In this document: positions 15,714-27,580 of the stretch, one piece after another
How positions within the stretch are numbered: the stretch's first letter is position 1
Layout of the letters: each line of letters opens with the position of its first letter
Assembly: GCF_009914755.1 (NCBI RefSeq)
Contig: NC_060925.1
Strand: one strand, 5' to 3'
Length of the DNA: 64,000 bases
DNA from: the human T2T-CHM13v2.0 reference genome, Homo sapiens
Position numbers and translations under genes: made by a program
The notes under the pieces: model-generated
What the model was told of the DNA's origin: nothing
What the model saw: the letters and a program-made list of their open reading frames with translations, nothing else
The model's database searches: none

Positions 15714-16465
15714 TGAAAGTCAGAAATAAAAATAAGCTCCTAAACCCCAAAAGACTGAATAGACAGTCTCCTGGCCAAGGAGAATCCAAAAGCAACATTA
15801 AAAACTGAGTTCCTGGCCATGATGGAACAAGAGATTGGATATGCTTCAGTATGCCCCTTTTTTACTAACCTTCAACCAGAATTCTTTCTTAAAGAGTAAG
15901 CAGAAACAAGCTCTGGAGAAGAGGAAACAGACAAGCTATTCCTTTATCACCTTTAGCCAATCATCTGAGACTGCCAAGGGCCTCCCCCTTCCTTTTACAG
16001 TTTTGATAGGACAGCTTACCAGTTTCAGGATGCATCCCTTCCTAAAAACTAGCCACTATCTCCAGTTTTGGTCAAAACTCTCAAGGGATGCACAAGGAGG
16101 GTTTATGTGTCTTCTGCTTCACCTGTTGACATCAGAAGACTGAAAACTCCCCCGTTCAATCATGCAAACATTGCCAGTTTTTGAAAATGTGACCCATGAA
16201 GTTGCATGAAGTTCAATTGCACGTGCACATATTTCTCCTTTCATAAATATTCATGACTCATATAGCTTACTGAACTTGGATATTTAGCCAACTACTTCAA
16301 CATAAATTCCTGTTCCTCTTACCCCTCTCTCAAAATGCATGTTCTTAGCTTCTGCTGGAGGCTATAACACCTAGCCTTCAGGATGGCCAGCCTGTGGGCT
16401 GCAACCCTTTTTGAGAAATAAAGTATTTTCCCAAATTTATAAACCTTGAGATTCTTCGGTTGACA
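15714..16465 (+). mobile_element. MER39-like ERV1 solo LTR
   Basis: TG...CA ends; aaaaactgagttcctggccatga motif; AATAAA at ~16417. Confidence 0.7.
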
Positions 16466-17174
16466 ATACCTTATTATATGCTCAGGATTGCATTAAATAT
16501 TGGTGATAAAAATGTCTTATATTGGTGTAGATGATAAGATATTTTATCACAAATGTCCTTACTCTCTAATCAAGATGGCTTGTATAAAAACAAATACATG
16601 CAAAAGCATGTAAATGAATTTTATAGTGTGTATATATGGGAAATGATGCCTTCACATGGGAATACAGGGTAAAAAGAAGTCCCAGTGGCATTGATCCATA
16701 ATTACCTCAGCAGGAGGGCAGCATAGCTGCTAGAAATAAAGAGAAGAGTGCTGAGAGATTTTAGGCAGAAAGATGATTTCAAGGGTTCCATGTACTATAC
16801 ACAGAATTCAATATTCAGGATTGCTTTTTCTGCATAGCATCTTGAGAGTCAAGTGATCCTCAACTCAATTATGTCTTGGCCTAGAGAATTTCAACAACAT
16901 TAAAGTAACAGAGAGCATAACTTAAAATACTCAAAATCATATGTAAATATAAACACATATGAGGATACTGAAGAGTATATATACATGCTATGGAAAAATA
17001 AAGGAATATTACTGACTATGCTATTTTCAAATAATCACTAGTATACTCAAGCCTTCACCAAGTATTTCTTTTCATGCACATGATCTAGAGTGTGAGCAAA
17101 AACAGCAGAGTCCCTGCCTTTGAAAATTAAGTTGGAGATACAACCAAATGATCAATATGCTTAAATTTAAAACC

Positions 17175-17603
17175 CAGTTGCCCCTTGAGCAACACTGGTT
17201 TGAAATATATGGGTCCACTTAGGCATGGATTTTCTTCTGCCTTCATCACTCCTGAGACAGCAAAACCAACCCTTCCTCTTCCTTCTCCTCCTCAGCATAC
17301 TCAGTGTGAGGATGATGAACATGAAGTCCTTATGATGATCTATTTCCACTTCATGAATAGTAAATATATTTTAGCTTTTCTATGAATTTCTTAATAATAT
17401 TTTCTTTTCTTTAGCATTCTGTTTTGTAAGAAGACAGTATTTAACACATATACAAAATATGTATTGACTGTTTATGATATTAGTAAGTCTTCTGGTCAAG
17501 AGTGGGCTATTAGTAATTACATTTTAGGGGGCTCAAAAATGTTGATTTTCAACCACACAGGGGGTTAGTGCCTCTAACTCTGTCATTGTTCAAAGGTCAA
17601 CTG
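17175..17603. mobile_element. Tigger2a/MER28 (TcMar-Tigger MITE) inserted in L2 remnants
   Basis: TIRs cagttgccccttgagcaa / ttgttcaaaggtcaactg followed by TA. Confidence 0.85.
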
Positions 17604-17804
17604 TAACTGAAGAAGTGTTATGTACAGAAAAAATTGGCTGTCATGACAAACAATAATAATAAAATTTTATTTAGATTGGTGAAAAGGAAAGATCTCTTTA
17701 AGGGAGTGGTAGTTAAACTGAAAACTAAAGGATAGATAGGAGGTAACCAGAAGAATTAATAAAGCAAATTAATTCTCAACCTGGGATAAGACATTATGAA
17801 ATAA

Positions 17805-18536
17805 ATAACACTAATAATATATTCAAATAACTACCTAAAATGAAATTTACATGTAGATTAGTGAAAACAATACTTCTAACTTTTATAGAGACCACTCATT
17901 TCAGGTCAGCTGAATTTGAGACTGAATTTCTTACGTTCAACACTGACATAGGATTGATTTTGAGAAGTTCTCCACTAAACAAATAGCTTCCCTTCTGTTT
18001 TCTTTCATTAAAGATCTACTAAATTCCTGAAGAGCCAAGAGTGTTGTTAAATGTGGCGGAAATGTTCCCTGAATTTATAGACTTCTCACTTTCTAGCACG
18101 GGAGACAACCAGAAAAATGTAAGGGTGTTAACTCTGAAGTGCCAATTATATATGGTCAGTAAAATAAGCATAACACTAATAATATATTAAAATTAACTAT
18201 CTAAAATGTAATTTACATGTAGATTAATGAAAACAATACTTCTAACTTTTATAGAGACCACACATTTCAGGTCAGCTGAATTTGAGACTGAATTTCTTAT
18301 GTTCAACACTGACATAGGATTGAATTTGAGAAGTTCTCCACTAAACAAATAGCTTCCCTTCTGTTTTCTTTCATTAAAGATCTACTAAATTCCTGAAGAG
18401 CCAAGAGTGTTGCTAAATGTGGCGGAAATGTTCCCTGAATTTATAGACTTCTCACTTTCTAGCACGGGAGACAACCAGAAAAATGTAAGGGTGTTAACTC
18501 TGAAGTGCCAATTATATATGGTCAGTAAAATAAGCA
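17805..18536. repeat. Tandem duplication of ~366 bp, 2 copies
   Basis: Copies 17805-18170 and 18170-18536; 8 substitutions plus 1 indel by manual alignment. Confidence 0.97.
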
Positions 18537-18759
18537 GTTGCAAATAAAGTTCTTGGGTTAGCAAGAAAGTTTAGAGCTGAAGTCACAGTTGAGAATGGGT
18601 ATTTCAGTGGAAGATATGAAAACAAATGCTATGCCCTCCCCAAGTGGTGTTAGACAGAAGTGTGATATATGGCCACAAGAGGAGCCATTTACTGAATCCC
18701 CCAGTTCATTTTCTGTCAAAAATTCTATGCATAATCCTTCAGCCCTGAGCATAGGTAAT

Positions 18760-19280
18760 TGTATGAGGCAGAGTTTTTCAGAGAAATAAAACCTATAGTA
18801 AAGGGATAACTAATACAGAGAAAGAGAGAGATTGATTATGAGGGACTGACTTACATGATCATGGAGATAGAAAAGGCCCACAGTCTGCTGCCTGTAAACT
18901 GGAGATCCACAAAGTCAGTGGTGTAGTTCCAGCCCAAGCCCAAAGGCCTGTCAATCAACAGAGCCAATGATATAAATCCCAGTCCAAGTCTGAAAGTGTG
19001 AGAACCAGAAGTGCTGATGTCCAAGTGCAGGAGAAGATGGATATTCTGACTCAAACAGGAAGCACACTTGCTCTTTCTCCACTTTTTTGTTATATTTAGG
19101 CCGTCAACAAATTGGATAGAGCTCACCCACAATGATAGTGACAATCATCTCTATTCAGTTTACTGATTCAAATGCTAATGTCTTACTGAAACATACTCAC
19201 AGATATACACAGAAATATTTTTACCAGCTATATGGGCATTTCTTAGCATAGTCAAGTTGATGCATAAATTAACCATTCTA
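18760..19280 (-). mobile_element. MLT2B-type ERVL solo LTR
   Basis: Ends agtcaagttgatgcataaattaaccat; tttactgattcaaatgctaat; gcaggagaagatggat motifs. Confidence 0.85.
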
Positions 19281-20004
19281 GTAATTACAAAAACTCTGCC
19301 TGTTGGAAGTAATGTGGAAAGCTGCCTCTTCACACTAGACTTGCTGCACAGCCAGTTCATTACAGTCTCTGAAAGGAATTGTAATCAAAGACTCAGACCT
19401 CCTTGGCCAGCCATGTTCTGATGCTTATCTGTATTCCTAACCCAACTACCTTCATTCAGAAGCTTCTTCATCAAGGTGCCTTGGCCTAGTCCTTCCCCAG
19501 ACCCCTCTGATGGGAATCCTTATGGAAATTCTCATATTGAATTTTGAAGAAAATTTTCTCCATCCTGATTCAGTACTCAGTACTCTTATGCTCCTAGACT
19601 TCCCCCTTTCTCTTCTCCAGTCTCCCAAGTCTATCAAATGTCAGGAGACACAAGTTTATCAAATGTTTGGTGCTCTCTCAGCAGTGAGACATTCCCCACA
19701 TCTGCACGAATACATCTGAATCTCATCTCATGCATCCCATGTGAATGAGACAAAACACTGAGGAAGCTCGTGCTTTCTCCTTCTACATATAGTATGGAAA
19801 AAAATATTTACATATTGCCTTAATTCACTACTCCAAAACCTGGAGGCTCTACTTTCTCCAGGCCACCTCAGCTCTTGATACATAGCATATTTTTATAATC
19901 ACTTCATGTTGGTTTTGGATAAGTCTCAAAACCCTTTCAAACAGTTCTTTATTCTGCAATACCAATTGTTTAGGTAGGCATAAAAATTAGAACCTATTCA
20001 TTTC

Positions 20005-20280
20005 TGACATATATATCTCTCTTCTAATATATACATATAGATCTATCTATCTTATATATCTATAGATATATTGATATATACGTATATCAGAATAGATATA
20101 TATCATAAATAAATAGGTTTATATCCATATGACTATTTACTGATGTATTTTCATTGATATATCTTACTCTATCTGTATCTATTTACAGATATTTAGAGAT
20201 AGAAATAAGATAGAAATATAGATATGTATTGAGATATATAATATATATCAAAATACAGATATATAGGTATATAAGATAAA
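20005..20280. repeat. TA/TAGA-rich low-complexity tract
   Basis: Degenerate (TA)n/(GATA)n. Confidence 0.85.
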
Positions 20281-20342
20281 AATTATTAAATGAATGGTCT
20301 GTTGAGTTCAGTGGAAAGAGAAGCATAGTTTAGACTATTCCA

Positions 20343-20419
20343 GAGTATTCTGTCCTTGCTCTAGTATTTTAACTATTCAAGAGTATTCTGTTCTTGCTTT
20401 AGTATTTTTAACTGTTCAA
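20343..20419. repeat. 38-39 bp tandem duplication
   Basis: gagtattctgt(c/t)cttgct(c/t)tagtattttaact(a/g)ttcaa twice. Confidence 0.9.
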
Positions 20420-20846
20420 GCCAATTTTATTGTTGTGAACTTTAAAAGCAATAATTTAATTATAAAAATATTAGAAGTTCTTATCAGGTAAAGATAAATG
20501 GTCATTACAAGCTGGGACATCATTAAGTCAAAAGTTTAAGGTAGAGGATAGGTTTGTGTTCTAGAATAATAAAACAAATTACCTAAGGAGAAATAACAGC
20601 TATAAATAGACCTAAGTTACCCCGTTCCCATTGTAGTAACAAGTGTGAATAGCTTTTCATTCAAGAGGCAAAGAAACTTGACTGAGTTTCTTTGTAAAGT
20701 TTCAAACTCAGTAAAGTTTGGAAGGCATTTGTATTAATTGAAAGTGGTACCTTCTAAAGTGTGCTCTGTGTGTGTGTGTATATATGTATATATACACACA
20801 CACATACACATATACACAGAGAGTAGGTATATGTATATATATACCA

Positions 20847-22158
20847 TTTATATTAAAATACCCTTCTTTATAACATTGCTTCAAATCCTTCAATGAAATG
20901 AACTCTCTTTCTCTCTTAATATTGTAAAACATAATTTTGTGTCACCCGTTTATTGTATTTTTCATCCAACAAGAAAATACCATGCACTATAGGCATATAA
21001 ATTGATACACACATATACATGTCTATCCATAAGGTTATATATAAAAAACACATATTTATATGTATATATATGTATGTGTGTTACATATTCATATATATAA
21101 CATGTGTATATGTATACATGTATTATTTATATACATATATATTCAGACATATATATACACATACATATATTGGGGGAAGGATGTTTATCTTTTCTCTTAA
21201 TTTTTATTTATTCAATGAGGATAATAATTTCTAATTAATAGAACTATACAGAGATGAATGAGTAATGTAATATACTTTGTGCCAATAACTTATTATCAAT
21301 ATTTAGATAGGTAGAAAGGAAATCAGTATATTGAAGAGATGTCTGCAGTCCAGGTTTACTGCAGCACTATTGATGATAGCTAAGATATGGGATCAACCTA
21401 AGTGTCCATCAATGGATGAATGGATAAAAAAAGCGTGGTACATAAACACAACGGAATATTATTCAATCATAAAAAACAATGAAATCCTGTCAGTTGCAAC
21501 AACATGGATGGAAATGAAGAATATTATGTAAAGTGAAATAAGCCAGGCCCAGAAAGACAAATATTGTATGCTCTCACTCATATGCAGGAGCTAAAAATGT
21601 TGACCTCATGGAGACAGACAATAGAATGATTGTTACCAGACAATGGCAAGCGTTGTGGGGAGGGTGGGGGAATAAAGAGGGTTTAACTAATGCGTACAAA
21701 AGTATAGTTAGATAGAGTAAGATCTAGTGTTTGATAGCATAATAGGATAATTGTAAATAACAATAATTTAGTTTACATTTTAGAATAACTAGAAGAATGA
21801 AATTGGAATGTTTCTAACACAAAGAAATGATAAATGTGTACAGTAATGGATATCCCAGTCACCTTGATTTGATTATTACACATTGTATGCTTGCATCAAA
21901 ATATCATATGGACTCCATAAATATGTGCAGCATTTGTGTATCCATAAAAATAAAAATTAAAAAATTATATAGAATAACAGATAGATAAGTATTTGTATGC
22001 ATCAATTTATATATCCATAATACATGCTTTTTTTGTTGGATGAAAAATACAATAAACGAAGGACACAAAATTATGTGTTAGAATATTAAGAGAAAGAGAG
22101 ATTTCATTTTATTGAAGAACGTTGAGTCATTTCATAAAGAAGAGTATTTCAATATAAA
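20847..22158. repeat. Inverted duplication, arms 20847-21027 and 21980-22158 (~180 bp)
   Basis: cgtttattgtatttttcatccaacaa on the left is the rc of ttgttggatgaaaaatacaataaacg on the right; alignment continues across both arms. Confidence 0.9.
21316..21966 (+). mobile_element. L1MA (about L1MA4) 3' fragment
   Basis: ORF 21331-21531 (AKIWDQPKCPSMDEWIKK); L1MA 3'UTR and A-rich tail. Confidence 0.9.
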
Positions 22159-23422
22159 CTTTGAAATAAATTAGGCACTTAACTGCCAAAATAGAAAGGG
22201 TACTGATAGATAAGAAAACAGCATGAACAAAAGATTAAATGCCTCTGGCATGATGAAATAATAGCAATGTTAAAATGTTACTTCGCTTTAAGTCTTTTCT
22301 TATTAAGTGATTTAACATGAAAACTGCCACATAATTAAATTTAGATAAATAAGTAAGTAAATATGAAGTGGAATGATAATCTAGATTTGAGTGGTTCTTC
22401 CTTCAATAAATTAGACACAGCAGCAATATAGAAGGCACATTCAAAGTGTTATTAATTTAAATTATTTTAGTAGCTGTGACATTTAGCTTTAGGAAAAATA
22501 TATGCTTTAAAAGGGGTGCTTTTGGTAAATGAAAATTTTTGCTATGGATGTCAACATTTATTTTTTAAAGAACAATTATTTGAATACGATACAAATAGTT
22601 ATTAGATATATTTTTTTTCTGTGCTACACTTGTTCTTGTGTACTTGTTCCTTGTGCACTTATTTTTTGTCATTTTTTGCTTTCTATTTTTATGATATTCA
22701 TCAATTCATTTATTCTAATCATCAATAACTATTATTTCAAAATGAAAATAAGAAAATGGGTCTTTAAAAAAATAAGCACATTTCTATTTATCCAGGTTTG
22801 GAAAGTCATGGTTATAGTTAAAGTATTGATTGTTAATAAATTGTTATTTTAAAAATGTTATTTCATGACTAGACGTATTACCTTTCATTAGCATATGCTT
22901 TCTGATGCAGTACACAATTCCAATATTCCAGGAAAATTACATGTTAACAAAATTGGTTGAGTTTCCTGTTTCAAAAAATTATCCCTGATATGTGGCTTTC
23001 AAAAGTCATTATTTTTTAGAGGCCTCCTGCCATAAAATATATTGACAATAATCTCAGAACTCAATGTGTGGCAAAGCACATGGTTAAGCATTAGCTTTCT
23101 ATCCAGGAAAATACAAAAGTATAATCCCCCAAAACCTTTCCCAGATACATGTCAGGGAGTGCTTAGATAGGACCACTAGTTAGAAATAAAATGATACCAA
23201 ATCAACGGCAGGGAAACAACTCTACAACCAACCATTTCTTTTCACTTCTAGCTTTAAGCAAGGTATGCCCAGTGAGTTATGACACTCAAGGCCCTACTTA
23301 CAGAGGACTGGACTGGCACAATTTCCAACCTCGGAAATAAAATAAATATAAACTCACATGTCTGTTTTAGCATAGGTCTGATTATGAAGCATATAGATAC
23401 AGCATCTAAAAATGAGGGAAGG

Positions 23423-23825
23423 TGATATATTTGGGTACTCGTCACCTCCAAATCTCATGTTGAAATTTAATCCCTTATGTGGGAGGTGGGTCTTGGTGGG
23501 AGGTGTTTGTCACAGAGACAGATTACTCATAAAAAGACTTGGTGTCATTCTTATAGCCATGTAAGAGTGAGTCTTTACTCCATTAATTTCCATGAGATAG
23601 AATTTTTAAAAAGAGCCTGGCACCTTCCTCTCTGCTCTCTTCTTTCCTCTTTTGCCATGTGATGCCTGTACCCCTTCACTTTCAGTTGTGAATAGAAGCT
23701 TCCTGAAGCCCTCATCAGAGGAAGATGCTGGTTCCATACTTCTTCTAAACCACATAAACCTCTTTTCTTTATAAATTACCCAGGTTCGAGTATTCTTTTA
23801 TAGCAACACAAAACACAGTAAGATA
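23423..23825 (+). mobile_element. MSTB-type MaLR solo LTR
   Basis: ccaaatctcatgttgaaat...aaacctcttttctttataaattaccca...tatagcaacacaaaa. Confidence 0.85.
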
Positions 23826-23903
23826 AGGGAGAGTAATCATGGAGTTCATTATGGGATTGTGGGAATGTAATTAAATGTAAGATATTTTTGACTTTTTCCA
23901 GAG

Positions 23904-23905
<2 letters not shown>

Positions 23906-23972
<67 letters not shown>

Positions 23973-23996
23973 TGAGACAGAGACAGAGAGAGAGAA
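23906..23996. repeat. (GT)~25 followed by (GA)n compound microsatellite
   Basis: Direct reading. Confidence 0.97.
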
Positions 23997-25015
23997 ACTG
24001 AGCTAGTCCCTTTCCCTGAATAAGTGCCCCTCCACCCCAACTCCCTTCCCAAGCACTGCTCTGTGCTTCAGTAGTGCAATCCCCTCCAGACCGCTTTCCA
24101 GTTTATCAGCTTTATTCACTGAGCTCTACGAAACTTTGCAGACTGAAGGGAGGAAAGAGAAGAAGGTGTTAATTTCACTCTTATTTCACCTCTGCATCTC
24201 TGCTGATTGCTTTTCCAAAGAAGCTATTCCAAATGACATCAGTATAAGGTAAGTGCTCTTACAAATATAAAACAAAGAAGTCTACCATGTTGTTAAGGTT
24301 TCATAAGGTCGGCTTGCCATATTAGAACACACAGTCTTCTCAGAATGTCAGATCAACTACACTTTCCTTCAGCCAAGTGCATTTATGCTTCTACTTTCTG
24401 GCACCCTGCCACAACTGAGTAGCTTTTCATTTATCAAACACTGCAGCACAGCACTCTTAACTAGGCAACTGCTCCTCATTTCTGCCCAAATCTCTTTATC
24501 ATGGAATTGGGTTCATTTCAAAAAGTTTATCATTTTGAGAAGGAACTGCAATGCAAAAACAATGCCATTTATCAGCTTAGGCAAGGGGACTGCTAGGAAA
24601 TGATAAATTTCCTGTATGTGGCTTTAGTTTATCACCAGCTTATTTTAACTTCTTGCACTTGCTGGATACACTTGTATGACAGGTAAACTTTAAGTGCCTC
24701 ATGCCCTTCTTCCCTGATAAATATGCTTAATAATGTAGATGTGTATTTATAAAGTTGTCTTTCACCAGAGAATGTACAAGAAGGGGAAACTGTAAGAATT
24801 ATAGTATGCTTTTAAATACATGATCTTAAGAATCTTGTAGTCTAATGTTCTAATCTATAAAAAACATCCCTGAAACCTTGAGTGGTCAAATAAGCAATGT
24901 AAAATCATGGAGGCAGTTTATGGCAGAGCCAGGAACTGAACCTAGAATAAGACACTTTCTCTCCTTCCACATGAGTAAATTATTATGGTATAATAATTAG
25001 TTTATTAAAAGATAC

Positions 25016-25254
25016 TGTATTAGGGTTCTCTAGAGGGAACGAACTAATGGAATACATATATATAGGAATATATATATATGGAAATATATATATATTCCAT
25101 TAGTATATATATATACTTCACATCGGCGTTTAAGTATTGTTAACTTTATGTAATAGTATATATATTCCATTAGTTTAGAATATGTAATATGTAATAGTAT
25201 GTAAAGTATGTCATATGTAATAGTATGTAAAAGTATATATATATATTCCATTAG

Positions 25255-25292
<38 letters not shown>

Positions 25293-26044
25293 GAAATGGA
25301 ATATATATATACACTAATGAAATACATATATACTTTATATATATACTATATAGTGTATATATATATATATATACACACACTAATGGAATATATATATATA
25401 CTTTTACATACTATTACATATTACATACTTTACATACTATTACATATTACATATTCTAAACTAATGGAATATATATACTATTACATAAAGTTAACAATAC
25501 TTAAATGCTGATGTGAAGTCAATAAATCTTATTTCACATGATGAAGATATTTTCTTTCTACAAGTTTATATATGCACAAACATGTTTTAACAAAAGGAGG
25601 AAATACTCATGACAATTACTTGAAAATTATATACATATATATATATATATATATACATATATGAGTTTATTAAGTATTAACTCACATGATCACAAGGTCC
25701 CACAATAGGTCATCTGCAGGCTGAGGATCAGAGAGAGCCAATCCTAATTCCCAAACTGAAGAACTTGGAGTCTGATATTCCAGGGCAAGAAGCATCCAGC
25801 ACGGGAGAAAGACATAGTCTAGGAGGCTGGGCCAGGCTCCTTTTTCACATTTTTCCACCTGCTTATATTCTAGCTGCGATGGCAGCTAATTAGATTGTGT
25901 CCACTCAGATTAAGGAAGGGTCTGCCTTTCCCAGCCCACAGACTCAAATGTTAATCTCCTTTGTCAACACCCTCAGATACACTCAGGATTAATGCTTTGT
26001 ATCCTTCAATCCAATCAAGTTGACACTCAGTATTAACCATCACA
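25016..26044 (-). mobile_element. 3' LTR (MLT2A) expanded by TA repeats and templated inserts
   Basis: tgtattagggttctctagaggg...cactcagtattaaccatcaca; ~470 bp longer than the 5' LTR. Confidence 0.93.
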
Positions 26045-26058
26045 AGTCCACCCCTTGT
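26045..26058 (-). promoter_or_regulatory. Polypurine tract of HERV-L
   Basis: rc acaaggggtggact abuts the 3' LTR. Confidence 0.7.
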
Positions 26059-26399
26059 CAACTTGAACCTATACACATCTCCTGAAATCATACATAATCT
26101 TAAAATAAAGACAATAATAAGGTCATAATTACCCCTAACATAATACAACTATCCTTCATACAAACAGAAATGTACAAATCCCCAAACCAAATACTATTAC
26201 ATAAAGTTAACAATACTTAAATGCTGATGTGACATCAATAAATCTTATGTCACATGATGAAGATATTTTCTTAGCACAAATGTACACATGCACAAACATG
26301 TTTTTAACAAAAGAAGGAGGAAATATTCATGACAATTACAGTCCTCGTTTCTTCAGCTGGTCATGTGTTTGTAGCTGGTATTGATGACTACTTTCTCTA

Positions 26400-27580
26400 C
26401 TACCCATTCTGTGTTCCCATTGCCTTCAGCAAGCATCCCAGCAGGTCATCATTTTGTTGTTGCTCTTTTGTTTTGTTTTTTGTTTTTTTTTCCAGTGGAG
26501 TGACCCAAACCTTCATTCCTGAAGGGTGTGGGTCATTTGTATTCCTGCCTGAATTGGGCTGTTGTAGTTTCCCATTGAGGTAACTCACAGGGCATGGCAA
26601 TACTAAGAGATGCCCTAATGGATCTCCTGTATTCCATGCGTGCTCATCCTTACTTCCATTGTGAAGTAGTAAACTGATTTCATCTTGATAGTCTGGGTCA
26701 GTCACCCCAGCCAACATGGTACATCCCCTCTTTGCCTATTGACTTAAAGGTAGAAGCCCAAAGTATCCAGGTGTCAATCTTAACTTCCAGTTTAATGGAA
26801 TTGATGTTGTGTCTCCTGGTGGCAGTGTTCCTCCCTCTGGATCTAAGACCTCTAGGCCAGCAGAATGTAATGTTGTGGGAACAGGAAGCAAAAATTTCAC
26901 TGGTGGATCACTAGGGGTGATGATGAGTGGTGCCACTTCCACTTCCACCCCTTGATTCCTGGACCCATGAATCCTGGCTATGGGAGAAACAGTACCATAT
27001 ATTGGATGCTGATTCAGAGCTTACATGGCCTTCTGGAAAATTTTGTCCCAGCCCTGAAAAGTACTGTCACCTAGTTGACGTTGTAATTGTGACTTTAAAA
27101 GGCCATTTCACCATTCTATCAATCCAGCTGCTTCAGGATGAGAGGGAACATGGTAAGACCAGTGAATTCCATAATCACGAGCCCATTGCTACACTGCTTT
27201 AGCCATAAAGTGAGTGCTTTAGTCAGAGGCAATGCTTTGTGGAATACCATGATGGTGGATAATATATTCCATGAGTCCACAGATGGTAGTCTTGGCAGAA
27301 GCATTGTGTGCAGGATGGGCAAACACATATCCAGAGTAAGTGTCTATTCCAGTGAGGACAAACCTCTGCCCTTTCCATGATGGAAGAGGTCCAGTATAAT
27401 CAACCTGCCAACAAGTAGCTGGCTGATCACCCAAATGAATGGTACCATATCAAGGGCTCAGTGTTGTTGTATGCCACTGGCAAATTGGACACTCAGCAGT
27501 GGCCACAGTCAGATCAGCCTTCATGAGTGGAAGTCCATGTTGCTGAGACCATGTGTAACCTCCATCTCTGCCACCATGGC
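26400..27580 (-). pseudogene. pol: HERV-L integrase and dUTPase remnants, frameshifted
   Basis: WQVDYTGPLPSWKGQRFVLTGIDTYSGY (integrase core); SAGLEV...PGDTTSIPLNWKLRLTPGYFGLL and GVTDPDYQDEISLLLHN (dUTPase motifs). Confidence 0.9.

Noticed and set aside
16705-16723. CTCF-like motif cctcagcaggagggcagca
   Set aside because: Needs three or more mismatches or a gap against the core consensus.
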